64,000 nt of DNA from the human T2T-CHM13v2.0 reference genome, Homo sapiens. The notes under the pieces were generated by a model that saw only the letters and a list, made by a program, of their open reading frames with translations, did no database searches and had not been told where the DNA came from. The stretch's first letter is position 1. Each line of letters opens with the position of its first letter. The stretch is from the NCBI RefSeq assembly GCF_009914755.1, contig NC_060934.1; one strand, written 5' to 3'. This document shows positions 13,097 to 26,300 of the stretch, one piece after another. The position numbers were made by a program, and so were the translations under genes.

Positions 13097-13971
13097 TGTA
13101 ATGGTTAACTTTGTGTGCCAACTTGACTGGGTTAAGGGATGCCCAAATAGTTGATGAAACATGATTTATGTTTCTCTGAGAGTTTTCCTGAAGAGATTGG
13201 GATTAGAATCAGTAGACTAAATAAAGAAGACCCAGAGTCCACAATGTGGGTGGACATTATCCAATTCCTTGAAGGCCTGAATAGAACAAAACAGTAAAGG
13301 TAGGACACACTTTGTCTCCGAGCTGGGATATTCATCTCCTCCTGCTTTTGGACACCAGGGCTCCTGGTTCTTAGGCCTTCAGATACAATCCTAGACTTAC
13401 ACTATCGGCTCCTCCCTCCCCTTCATTTTGGGCTTTCAGATGCAGACTAAATTGTACCACTGGCTTTTTTTATTTTCTAGCTTGCATTTGGCAGATCATG
13501 GGACTTCTTGGCCTCCATAATCATGTGAGCCAATTCCCATAATAAATCTTTATATAGAGAGATATACGCATATAAACTCCATGTATATCCATATATTTAT
13601 ATCTATATATTTATTTATCCACTGATCTATATCTATGTGTATGTGTGTGTGTATGAGATTTATTATGAGAATTGGCTCAGGGGACAATGTAGGCTTATGG
13701 GGTTATGGAAATTTTTATGTAGTTATCTCTATATATGTCTATATCAACTTCATATATGCATATATATATCACCACATAAAATCTTCTTTTTACCATATGA
13801 TATACATACGCACACATCCTATATATATCCTATTGGAGATACACACACACCCACACATACACACACACATATACAGAGAAAGAGAGAGAGAGGGTGTGTG
13901 TGTGTGTGTGTGTATGTGTGTGTGTGTGTATCCTATTGGTTCTGTTTCTCTGGAGAGTCCTGACTAATACA
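13097..13971 (+). mobile_element. MLT2-type (ERVL) solo LTR with expanded internal TA/CA/GA/TG microsatellite
   Basis: Starts tgtaatggttaactttgtgtgccaacttgactgg and ends tcctattggttctgtttctctggagagtcctgactaataca. Flanks TGGAG/GGGAG give a 5-bp TSD with 1 mismatch. Confidence 0.87.
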
Positions 13972-14279
13972 GGGAGGTATCACGACTGGTCCAAGGACTG
14001 ACACCACCAAGATCTGATCCCACGCTCCACCAAGGTTCCATACATGCATCACATGGATCCTTCGGCGTTTGCTCATTTGCAGCTTAGTGTGCTGACTTCC
14101 TGCCAGCAGAAACTGCACTGCCAGCCTCCCAAAATGAAGTGTGAATATCTGTCTCCACAGAGCATCCTCAGAGTGTGAGCCAGGTAAATACAAACATCTA
14201 AATTGCCCACCACTGCCTAACCAGCAGAGGGAGGCTAGAAGACCTATTCAGTGAGTTCAGAATAGGCCTCATGGGGAAC

Positions 14280-14410
14280 AATAACTAATATTTATAGCTC
14301 CAATTTCTGTGCCAAGTGTTTTGTATACATTATTGCATATAAACTGTATACCAATTTCCTTTCACAGATGAGTAAACTTTATCTCAGAGAGGTGGAGTGA
14401 CATCTTAGTT
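14280..14410 (-). mobile_element. MIR fragment
   Basis: MIR core-like ttcacagatgagtaaact...ctcagagaggt. Confidence 0.5.
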
Positions 14411-16264
14411 GCTGACAGATTTGAACTATGGCCGATCTACTTTCTAATTTTCCCTATATCCTGTTACCTTGCCAGAAGTCAGTGAGTATTTACTTAGTCA
14501 TGAAATTACTTCCAAACTGAACTGGCATTGTTCAGCCAGGCCACAGAGGCCTGGAGACATGTGTGATGGGAAGATTCTTTTAAAATCATTGCCAATTTTC
14601 CAAATAGCTCCCTAAGCTCTGAAGAAGTCATCACTCAACCACTTCCTGAGCAAAACCTTTTGTGGTCATTGAAAGATTTTTAAAGATTTAAACTCAATAT
14701 AAAAAGCACCTATTACCAGTTTCCAGAGAAAAAGAAAATTGAATTACTAGTGTATTGAATAGTCCATACAACTCAGTGTATTCTCTATCCTCAGTCTCCT
14801 TCTAAACAGAATGCCCCAAGGTGATCCTTAGACATAATTCCCCATGCTTTCTATAATGCAAACCTGTGAACCTACCTAGAATGCATCGCACCGGGAGTCT
14901 ACACTTGGGTCAAAGAGAAGTAGTGATTGGTTAGTTTTAAGGGTCAATTTAAAGAGTAGCTTGGCAAAAGAATGCTCAGTCAGTGTGCTCTAACAATGAA
15001 GAGTGAATGACATGTCTCATCAAATTCTATCTCTTGACGAGTTTTTGTTGTAAATGAAAGAGGGGATGGGTAAAGAGTGAAGGGAAGAAAACCAAAGGGA
15101 ACAACAAGATAGGGTCAAAAATAGAGTTGGGAGTATGGCAAAATTATTAGAGGTATATAGGCACATCTATTTAATAGTATGCCAAAATGATTAGGTCAAT
15201 AAAACTTCCATTAAATTCCTAGAATTTCTGTTGTTAGCAGTATAATGTCAACTATGGTTTGCTGAGCTATTTCTGTGTGCCAGGCAAAGCACTATGCTTT
15301 GTCAAACATTATCAGATTTTATTGTGTTTACTAGTTTTGCTGAGTGTCCTTGGTGCTGCTTTGGTATCTGAATGGTGATGGTCACCCTTTCCATTGATTT
15401 AAGGCCCTGACATTGACGGTACTGGGACAGATCCCTGTGCTTGCTGACTTCCTGAAGCATCCTGATAAATATTCATAATTAGAAGCATAGAAGCACATTT
15501 ACATTCTTATAATCTGTAATCTCCTAACACACTGGGAATTGAAAACCTAAAAGAAAAGTAAGTCAAAGCATATGATGCCGAATTGGTTATCACTGTTCCC
15601 TACATGAGTAATGAATCAGTTAAATCCTTCACTGTCTCAAGAAATCACCATCTGTTCTTTAGTCTTTAACTGATGTAAAAGATGTCTGAAGAAATCTCCA
15701 ATGGGAAACAATTCTGGTGTTCATGAAAACCGGCTGGCAGATTAGTGGGTCAGCCAAGCAGATGGTGTCAGGGTGATTCGCCATCCTGGGCAGCTGCTGT
15801 CCTACCTGGGAAAGATGGCCATTTTCTCCTATGCATGAATCACAGATCTGCCAGCACCACTCAAGCTCCCAGTGTCTTTGCATCAAATAAAGAGTATATT
15901 CTGGAGACGGGACTTGGGACCCGGGAAATGAAAGCAGCAGAAGGCACAATACATTCTTCAACTTTAGCAATACACAGAGGGCACAGGCCAGGGTGGAAAA
16001 AGTTTTCTGGTAAAGCAAAACAAAACTTCATCAAATACATCAACTAGACAAGAATTCCAGATGGTGAATTTATACCTCCTTTTAGACATTTGGATATGAT
16101 TGAAAAAAGTCAAGGACTTGATTCCCATGTAAGAAAATTTTGCAGGAAATTCCCATGTAAGAAAAATTTGCAGTGTCTATGCCATATTTATTTCATCTCA
16201 ATTCTTGGCTCTACAGAGTAAGTGAAAGACATTTTCTGATCCCCTATTGATTATAACTTACATA

Positions 16265-16601
16265 TAGTCATGTGGTGCTCAGTGACAAAAATGGATTACA
16301 AGAAATGCATCATTAGGTGATTTCATTGTATGGACATTACAGAGTGTACTTAAACAAACCTAAGTGGTAAAAAGTACTATACACTTAGGCTATATGGTAT
16401 AGGCTATTTCTCCTAGGATACAAACCTGTACAGCGTGTTACTCTACTGAATATTGTAAGCAATTGTAACACAATGGTAAGTATTTATTTAAACATAGAAA
16501 AGCCACAGTAAAAATATGGCATCATGACCTTAATCTTATGGGACCACTGTCATATATGTGGTACCTTGTTGACCAAAATATCATTATATGGCACATGACC
16601 A
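16265..16601 (+). mobile_element. Tigger3a/MER7-like non-autonomous TcMar DNA transposon
   Basis: Degenerate TIRs (tagtcatg...catgacca) flanked by TA, with internal ctcctaggatacaaacctgtacagc and aatcttatgggaccactgtcatatatg. Similar to the copy at 32310. Confidence 0.85.
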
Positions 16602-17278
16602 TATATCAAAAGTCTACCTGGAAAGTAGTGGGACATCTTTAGCATTTCTTGCAGCAGTTTTGACCCCAGGCAAAATTGTTCTAGGTTTCGAGGATAAAGC
16701 GGGGGGGGAAATAAACAGATGCTGCCCTGTTCTTACCAAGTTTATATTCCAGTGTGAGAACAAAAATTAAATAACTGATCAAGAAAAGAATAGATAATTC
16801 TGAACTAAAAAACAAAGTTCTCTGGAAAAATCAATCACAGCCAAGGAAAGCACAGAACACTGGGAATTGCCATCTGGCAACATGGGAGGGTGAGAGGGGG
16901 CATGGCGTGGCAAAGTGGACACTCAGGGAAGGTTTACCTGAAGACATGAGAAAGTTACACAGGAGCCGAAATAATGCAAGAGGAGTAGAAGAAAACTAGG
17001 CAACGCCTTATGGAAAATGCCATTCCAAGCAAAAAGAATGACATTTACAAAGAAAGTAAGAAAAGGATCCAGAAGCCTGTACTCTTCAGAGTAACAGAAT
17101 TATAAACGCCTCCTTTTCTGCTTCATTCTTCTTCAGAACATTACACTATTAACGTATTACATTTATTATTGAATTATGTGTTTTACTACTTGTCTATCCT
17201 CACTATATTTAAGATCTATCAGGAAATTGATTTCTCTCCTGCACATACTTCTACATTCAATTTGTGAAACATTTTCTG

Positions 17279-17410
17279 TTTTTGCTTGTTTAAGAGAAAG
17301 GGGTCTCATTATGTTTCCCAGGCTGGTCTTGAACTCCTGGCCTTAAATGATCCTCCTGCCTCAGCCTCTAAGTAGCTGGGACTACAAGTGTATGCCACCA
17401 CACCCAACCC
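17279..17410 (-). mobile_element. Alu monomer (FLAM-like) inserted into an L2 3' end
   Basis: ggggtctcattatgtttcccaggctggtcttgaactcctggcc...ctgggactacaag. TSD AACATTTTCTG at 17268-17278 and 17414-17424. The L2 tail (gtaggtgct...tgaatgaataaat) follows. Confidence 0.85.
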
Positions 17411-18858
17411 TAGAACATTTTCTGACATGCAGTAGGTGCTTGAGAAATATTCATTAGCTGGCTGACTGAATGAATAAATAGTACAAGGTAATGCTGGGAG
17501 GTCCCAGGGCCCCAACAACTCAGGATCTTGTAGGCTGTGTTAGAAACTTGTTTATACCCTTAGAGTGATAAGAAGATGCTGAAGGATTCTACATGGAGGG
17601 ATAGGGCATAGCCATTTATACATTCATGTATTAGATATATTTACTGAGCACTTCTTCTGGTACATATATCTTACTAGGCAGGTTCGCACTCAAAGGCAAA
17701 CTGTTTTTTGCATCTCTGAATTGTTGAGGTACCAGGCACACTGGCAAGTCTGAAAAAGTAAAGTTTTCTAAGTAAGGATATGATTGGAGTAACAGGTGGA
17801 GAAGAGAGGAACTTTTAGACAGCAAGCACAAAAAGAATGGGAGGGCCCAAGGAAGTTACTGGCCTTCACATACTGTTCAAGCCTTAACTGTGGCAGTAAT
17901 CAAGCACTTAGGAGACAATAGTGGTAGGGCAAAAGACTGTCTAATTGAAAGGAAAGTGATCTGGGAACTAGAAAGTGGAGACCCCAGGAAATATTCCCAA
18001 GAACCTATACTATATCCTTAAAGAGCAAGCATGCCCAAGAGCTACCTAGCTGTGTTCACATATTAGTGTGCAAAGCACTTTTACATACTAACATCATTTA
18101 TTCTATGTGTTGCTGGTCAGAAAGGAAAGAAAGCAGTATTTATTTAGCAACTACTACATACCAGAAATTATCTACATATTATCTCATTTAATCTTCACAG
18201 CAATGTGAGAGTTGTATGCTTATACTATCTTCATTTCCAGATGGAAGACATAGACCAGGCAATGTTCACTTGTTTAGTGAGTGATTGAATGAAAATGTAT
18301 ACTCATATCTATTTTATGGAAAAATCCATGAATTTCCTGCTATTCCTAGTTTTTGCATGGAGGAGGAAGAGTAGAGGGAAGAAAAGAGGAAGAAGAAAAT
18401 AAGAAGTAAGTGGGGGAGGAGGAAGACATGTAGCAGAGAGAAGACATGTAGCAGAGAACACACATTAGTGAGACTGAGAAATCATGCCATTAGCTTGAGT
18501 GAGATCCTTTACTTTAATCAGGGTTAAAAGAAAGGTAAGAAACAACAAAATAGTAAATTTATGTTAGACTGTGTGCCCAATACATAGAAATACAGAAACT
18601 TGTGACACAACATGTCTGTTCCAGGAAATGAAAATAAAACAGACAAACAAACACAAACCTTTGAGCAGCAAGGAGAGATGACAACAGAATGAAGAAACCT
18701 CCAATTTTACAGCTATACTGAACTGAGGCAGCTGACTGACAGGCAAGTCAGAGGTGCTCACTGCGATCCCCGCCTCTGCCCTGTGAGTTCAGAATTGACA
18801 CTGGAGCCCTAACACACTACACATTCCAAGGTGTGTAAGTGAAGGTGATGTTGGAGCA

Positions 18859-19229
18859 TGTCATAGTCTATTTGGGCTGCTGTAACAAAACACCATACAC
18901 TGGGTGACTTTTAACAACAGAAATTTAGTTCTCGCAATTCTGGAAGCTGGAAATCTAAAATCAAAGCACTGGCAGATTCAATGCCTGGTGAGGACCCATT
19001 TCCTGATTCATAGGCGGTGCCTTCTTGCTGTGTCCTCACATGGTGGAAGGAGTGAATAAGCTTCCTCTGGTATCTTTTATAAGGGTCCTAACTCCATTCG
19101 TGAGGAATCTGCCCTCATGACTCGATCACCTCCCAGAGGACCTACCTTCTCTCAATACCATCACCTTGAAGGTTAGGATTTCAATATACGAATGTGGGAG
19201 GGGGAGGAATAAACATTTAGAACATAACA
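18859..19229 (-). mobile_element. MLT1A-like MaLR solo LTR
   Basis: About 370 bp, from tgtcatagtctatttgggctgctgtaacaaaacaccata to aacatttagaacataaca. Confidence 0.85.
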
Positions 19230-19524
19230 GATAGTATGATAGTACACTGAAATAAGTTTAGAGTAAACATATTCTGTGCAGTGGGGCAGATGTTTACAGG
19301 GAGGTATCAAATATATGAACATTTTTTTTTCTGAGAAAAATCCAGAAAGGTTGATGAGAATCCCTCATAAACCATGCTACAGCCCATAAACAGGGACTCA
19401 ACCTCTGCCAACCACAATGACCTGCTGTGTGGAATCAAGAGACTTTCATTTCCTTAGTTTCCAGATCTCAGAGGCAATTTGGGAGAGCAGTCACTAGTGC
19501 TATCAAAAGGGGGATATTTTACAG

Positions 19525-19680
19525 TTAGGATTGCCACAATCAGCAAGTAAAAATACAGGTAAATTTGATATTTGAGTAAATGTCTAATAATTTTTTAGTT
19601 AAACTGTGAAGAATTTAGAAAATATTTTAAATCTGAAATTCAAATTTGACGGGGCATCCTGATTTTATCTAGTAGCGTTA
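19525..19680. mobile_element. MER53-like hAT MITE
   Basis: taggattgccacaatcagcaagtaaaaatacagg...tctgaaattcaaatttgacggggcatcctgattttatctagtagcgtta, with degenerate palindromic ends. Confidence 0.65.
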
Positions 19681-21901
19681 TTTATTGTTCATCTGAATTT
19701 TGGGCATCTGCAGTCAGACTGAGAATCCTCTGCATGAGGGGGAAACCTGACATGGATCAGTGTGGAACGCGGAATGGCAGGGGCCTCTGCAGACTGTCAG
19801 GGTGGAAGACAATGCCGGCAGGAGGCCTAGCCCTGTGTGCTTTCAGAGAAGAGATCACAGAGAGGAGTGAGACACATATTGAACATACCACCAAGGTGTG
19901 AAGGCTGCATCCAGGCCTCAAGCTGGCCAACTGGCCTGCAAACTTCCTCAGTAAGATTGAGGGGGCAGGCAGAGAACAAGAAAGCAGTCTGAAGATGGGT
20001 CAGGGCCTTTGGGAGGCAGAATCTTGGAAGTATATGGAAGTAAAGGGACATGTTCGATGGGAAACATTAAAAAAAAAAAAGCCTGGTGATTGAGGCTTCA
20101 ATCACGGTGGTCTTAAAAGTCACTGAGGAGTCAGTTTTAAAGTGAAGACCCAAATATGATTATTATAGTGGAATTTCCCTCAGGTACGCCAGGCTCAGAA
20201 TTCCCACAATCCCCCAAAGAAGTGGGGCCGGAGTTAATATTAGAGTCACATTGCATTTTAGTTGTACATTGTTTAAGTAGAAAATAACTGAAATAGATTA
20301 TGTCCAGTTCATTCTATTACTTTCCAGGCAGGTGTTAGCACCTGAGGCCTGGTTTGCCATTATTGTTTCCAGATAAAGACTGTCTTCCGGTGGTGTTAAA
20401 GAAAACTACCGAAAACATCCGCAACTCACAGGGCAATTGCAGCCAAAATTATTTTGCCAAGTTGCCTGAACAGAGTGCTCCTCTCTGGTGTCTATCACAC
20501 GAATCTCCCTGCTTCCCTGTTCATTTAATGTGGCCTGAGCAAAGTCAACTTTGTTTGGTTTGTACTTAATATCTAGATGACCAGCAAAATGTGTGTGAGA
20601 GGGAAAACTTGGAACCTTAAGTGACCCCTAATTGTGGGATTTTTTAAAGTAAAATTTACATATGGATAACAAGAACTCATTGAATGTTTAGGGAACTTTG
20701 ATAAGAGGCAAAACCATAATAAATATTAGGACTCATTAACAGTTATGCTTCTCACAATTTGCCAGGTACAGGCAAAATTTTTTTTTCTTCTTCTGATACT
20801 GGATTACTTTAACTTGACTCCTATCTGTTAGTTAAGGTATTAAAACCACTGGAGAATAACTGTTAGGATATTTGCTGAGAAATCCTGCTAGGAGATGTGA
20901 AGACATCTCCGTAGCAGCAGAAGTGATACTTAGAGCCAACTAAACCAGAGACTGTCAAAGGTTCTGAAGAGGACAAAAGCTGCCTTTAAAGTGCTTTATT
21001 CTTATGAAAGTGTCTTATTTAAATAAAAAATTTTGATTCTAAAATGAATTCTACAAGATAAAAAAATGTATATGCATAGAGTAGGGTCCAAACAAATGTG
21101 ATAACAGCAAAGATGCCACTAACCTACCTTCAATGTTTACCAGTGTAGGACACTTCACAAATTAATATGTTACCTATTCCCATTCACTTCCAAAGTGAGG
21201 TAAGAGGTTAGCAGAAGAGAACCAGATTTGGAATCAGAATCTGATGCTAAGATGCCCTTGCCTGGCAATAACTGCTAAGGTGAATTGAACAATTGTTATG
21301 TGGCCAGGCAGTTCCTATCCATTGCACGCAACTCCAGTGATGTAATTCATCCACTGCTATGGGTTAGGCAGGATTATTTCACATTTCAGAGTCAAAACAA
21401 ACAAAGTCACTTTTCCAAGGCAAGTGATGCTGGTAAGTAAGAAAACAGGTGGGTCTCTCATCTTCTTTGGACCTTAGTTCCTTTATCTATCTAGATAAGA
21501 ATACTGTAAGTAATAATAATGGACACTTGTTACATAGCAAGTTGAAAGTTTCAATTTCCTTTTGATTTCAAAACCGACTTGAGAAAGGTATTATCCCTTT
21601 AATTTGAGAACATTGAATTGAAGTCACAAGGTCACAAGGTAAAAGGCATAGCTGAAACTTAACTGCAAGACACTCAGATGTAGAGAAATAAACAAAGAAG
21701 ACGTTGTGCTCAGAGACCACCACTGAAGCACCACCTTTGTTGCCACACAGAGTTTTTATGAAGCTCAAAAAGAAACCAAAAGAAAACACCAAGGAGAGTT
21801 TCTAACATGCACTCTCTGTCTTTCTGCAGCTTTATTCCACCGTTATGTTATAGAATACACATTTCTAAAATGTGTTGGATTCTTAGAATCCTTCATCATA
21901 G

Positions 21902-22854
21902 TGAAGCAGGATATTTCCATGACTCCTTCGCAGGACTCGCAAGGGGGTGCCTCATTTACCCAGCCCACAGCTTTCAGCTTTTTGCCGGAGGGAGTGTGTG
22001 AGCAAACGAGGCGGAAACTGGAGTACATGAATGCTGGAACCAGCCAGACACTTTGGTGCCAGCAGGAGCAGACTCCACTCACTCGGATGCACTGCACTCC
22101 ACCCTTCACAGGACGGAGCGCACAGGTGAGTGGGTGCGTGCAGGGGTCAGAGCGAGTGCTTTTGGGTGCTAGCAAGAGCAAACTCCATGTAGGCCCTGCA
22201 GCAGCCTCTGGGTGGGGTGCCCCCGACCTCTGAAGCCCCAGAGGGAGTGTTACAGTGCTCATTTAGCTCTGCCATCTGTGGATGGCTTAAGTACTAACAG
22301 GTCAGTGGGCCCTCTGCCTTTTCACATGAGCAGCTGCCCTCTGCCAGCAAGGGCAAAGGGTCAGTGTGACAGCCTTTTGTATCTGTGTCCCAAACTCTTT
22401 TCTGGCATCTGGGAGAAATGAGGTTGCATGAATAAATTGAAGGATGATAAATGTGGGGGATTTTATTTCCAAAGAAAGGGGCTTTCAGCAGGAAGAGGAG
22501 CTAAATAGGGGACAGGGTGGGAAGGTAATCTTCCCCTGAAGTCTGGCCATCTCCAGCCAGATTCTTCTCTGAAGTTGTGCTGTCAAGCTGTCCCTCTGAA
22601 GTTAAGCCGCTTCTCTCTGACTTCCAGCTATAGTCTCCAATATCCAGCTGCTTCTCCTCTCTGCTGGCTGAGTCTGGTGTCTTTACAGGCATAGATTGGG
22701 AGGGGTGGGAGTGGGCCAGTAACACTCAAGCAGGAAAACAGGATTATAAGCTCTCACATTGGGCTGCCGTCTCAGGGTTTTTGGTTTGAGGGTGGGGCTT
22801 CACCAAGGACCTGCCCTTTCCTGCCTAGAATTTCTCTGCCTCCTGTCCCTATCA
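21902..22854 (-). repeat. 3' LTR of provirus
   Basis: Minus strand TGATAGGGACAGGAGGCAGAGAAATTCTAGGC...GGAAATATCCTGCTTCA. AATAAA on the minus strand at ~22462-22467. Confidence 0.95.
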
Positions 22855-22866
22855 TTTCCCCACCCT
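22855..22866 (-). other. Polypurine tract
   Basis: Minus strand AGGGTGGGGAAA immediately precedes the 3' LTR TG. Confidence 0.85.
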
Positions 22867-23329
22867 GAGGAGGCACATCTCACTGCTGCTAGAATGCGGA
22901 CAATGACCAATCTTAGCTACTTCCTGCTGACAGAGGCATTGTTTTGGTGAGGACAGCAGTCAGATTTCTCCCAAAGGTCTACCTAAGAGTTCCCAGCAAA
23001 ATGGAACCATTTTCCAAGGCCCCAGTTGCCTGAACTTTTAGAGTGTGTTGGCCTCTAGACAAGAAAAAACAAGTTTTACAAGATTAGGTATGCACAGATC
23101 AAATATGTGTACTATACCAAAAAAAAGGGGGGGTTAAAAGGAAAGACTATAGTGCCAAAGATTACAGAAACAAGTGAAATATATTAATCATTCTGAAAAC
23201 AATATTATACCCTGTGGTGTAGGACAGAATGAAGATAAAACAGCAAGCATAGGTAAGACTATAAAGAGGATATCCATGGAAGGTTAATTATTAACACTTA
23301 TCTTTTGTGATTTTTAGCTTGAGGTCCCC

Positions 23330-26300
23330 AATCTCTTCACAGCAGCACTTTGGATGCTCTTTTGGGTTGACAGAGGTAACTCTGCCAAATTCCCAGGCCT
23401 TTACTCAGTTATAATGAATCCAAGAATCTATTCCAGCAACCTTCTCTGCCATAGGAATAGAAAGAACTACAGTATAAGGTCCCTCCCAATCCAGACTTAT
23501 AGAGATAGAAAGGGGAGGAAGTACCTTTACTGGTACTTCCCCTGGGGTTGAAGAGCAGTGGTCCTAGTTCATGGGATTGGGCCTCGGAAAGTTGTTTCAG
23601 TTCCTATTGAAAATGGCCCAAATAAGTTACATATTTAATCAAATCAGAGGCTTCTTGGTCTAGCAAGAAATCACTGGTGAGAAAAGGCCATCCATACATT
23701 GTTTCAAAGAGACTCAAATCCAGCCTTGAAGGAGTGCTTCTGATACATAGCAAGGCTATGGAGAGAAGGGTGGACCAGGGCAGATGAGTCTCCTGAGACA
23801 GTTTCCTGAGGTGCCTTTTAATAATATTATTTGTCTTTTCTACCTTTGCTAAGGATTGTGGTCTCTAGGCACAATGAAGATGGTACTATATGCCTAGTGC
23901 CTTTGAGGCCCCCTGGGTGACAGCTGCCTTGAATGAGGGGTCATTATTGCTCTGGAGGTACTTAGGGACTCCAAAGCAAGGAATTATCTCATCAACTAGT
24001 ATTTTTATCACCTCAGAAGCTTTCTCTGTTCAACATGGAAATGTTTCTACCCAGTTAGTGAAGGTTTCTATCCATACTAGGAAGTACTGGATGCCCCTTG
24101 ACTTTGGCATAAAATCCACTTGCCAATCTTTCCCTGGGTAGCCTCCTGTCCTTTGGATTCCTGGGGAAATAAGCCATTGGTTGAGCAGATTATTTTTAAG
24201 GCAGATCTCACAAGCATTAACGACCTGCTTAACCATTTGTATCAGGTTTTTACTTGAGAAATCTCTGGGCCTATTGATAGGTTTTATCCTTATCTAGGTG
24301 GAAGGCCTGGTGAAGACTTTTAAGAACTTTCCATTGGTTGGCAGCTGGTAGATGAAACTTGCTGTCCTCTGATGGTAGCTATCCTGAGGACTAAAAGATA
24401 TATCCTTGAGAGGTGGCCCATTCTATTTCCGCAGGAGAATATTGAGGTTTATTTCTCTTATGGGGCCCTCTCAGATCAGTGGGGCTTCAAATGGATCAGA
24501 AACCTGGGGTCCTTTCACTGCTGACTTAACTGCTTGGTCTGCCAACCTGTTTCCTTCAGCTATTTCATCCATCCCCTTTTGGTGGCCTTTACAATGAATT
24601 ACTGCCACTTCCCATGGGATGAAAACTGAGGATAATAGTCTGTCAGTTTCCTGATGGTATTTGATGGTAGACCCATTATCTGTGATGAAGTTCCTCTTTT
24701 TTTCCAGATAATGGGATGGGCATAGAGGACTAGGAAAGTGTACTTAGAATCAGTATAAATGTTAACTGCTTTCCCTTTGCTTAATTCAAATGCCCTTGTG
24801 AGGGCAATTAGTTCGGCTACTTGAGCACTTGTGCCTGAGGAGAGAGATGCACTCCCAACAATATTAAGAGTAACTATTGCATACCCTGATTTATGGATCC
24901 CTTTTCTACAAAAGAACTTCTGTCTGTAAGGAGAATCCAGTGTGGATTCTCTAAGGGGGTTTCCCTGCGGTCCTCTCTGGCCACATAGGTTTGTACTACT
25001 ATCTGTTTGCAGACATGTACAAACTCCCCAGCCTCCTCTCGGAGGAAGGTGGCTGGATTTAGGGAAGGACACATACTTAGTTAGACTGTAGGTCGCTCTA
25101 ATAGCAGAGCTTGATACCTGAGGAGATGGTTTTCCATTAGCCAGAGACTCCCCATAGAAGACAGCGGTCCTGCCACATTATGCAGAGTGTAAATGGTTAA
25201 GTTAGTCCCCATGGTTAACTTAGTAGCCTCTGGTACCAACAAGGCTACTGTTGCAACTGCCCAGGGACAGGCTGGTCATTCTTTGGCTACCAAATCAAGT
25301 TCCTTTCTTAGGTAGCCTATGGGCTGCTGGGCTGGACCCTGGGCCTGGGCTAGAACTCCCAGGGCCATTCCCCTCCTTTCTGACACATAAAGGTTAAACG
25401 TCTTCCCTATGGAAAGACTAAGGGTTGGTGCCTTAAGCAAGGCTTCTTTTAGTTGGTCAAAGGCCTTTCTAGCCTCAGGTTCCCAAATTAGAGAGTAAGT
25501 TTTAGCTTCCTGAGTCTCCTTTATTAGGTGATTTAAGGGACAAGCTATTTCACCATACCCAGGTATCCATAATCTGCAGAATCCTGTAATGCCTAAGAAT
25601 CCCCTCAGTTGCTTGGGGGTTTTGGGGAGGGAATAGTAGGAGATGGGTTTAATCCTTTGTTCGACCAATGCCCTGGTACCCTCTGACAAGACCAGACCTA
25701 GGTCACTGAAGTCTGAGAGAGCTGAGCTTTGGATTTTGAAACCTTATATCCTTTGTTAGCCAGAAAATTAAGAAGAGCCTTACTGCCCTCCTGAGAGATT
25801 TCTTCAGTTGGAGCACAGAGGAGAATGTCATCTATGCATTGTAAAACTTGAACTCGAAGTTAAAGGAACTTGGAGAGGTCTCTTGACAATGCCTGCCCAT
25901 ACAAGTGGGGGCTGACTTGGAATGCCTGAGGTAACATTGTCCAGGTTAACTAGGCGGTTTTGTTAGAGGGACCAGGTCCAGGACTATGAACCATTTAGTC
26001 CCCTCAGGTATTTGAGCTAGCAGGGTATATGGATTGGGAACTACTGGGTGAACTGGAATCATAGCCTCATTAACAAGGTGGAGGTCCTGGACTAGTCTCC
26101 ATTCCCCATTGGGTTTTTGTACCCCTGATATCAGGGTATTACAAGGGCTGTTGCAGGGTTTAAGGAAGCCCTGCAACCTTAAGCTATCAATGATGGCATC
26201 TAGTCTTTTCCTAACTTCTGGTTTCAGGGGATATTGTTTCTGGCTAGGAAATGAGGTTGGATCTGAACCAGTATGGTGATTGTGGCTCAGCCAATTTTCC

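Noticed and set aside
15540-16230. Possible spliced exons (GTAAGT donors, ttctttag acceptor, AATAAA) and 100-119 aa ORFs
   Set aside because: No coherent reading frame or homology. Such signals are common by chance.
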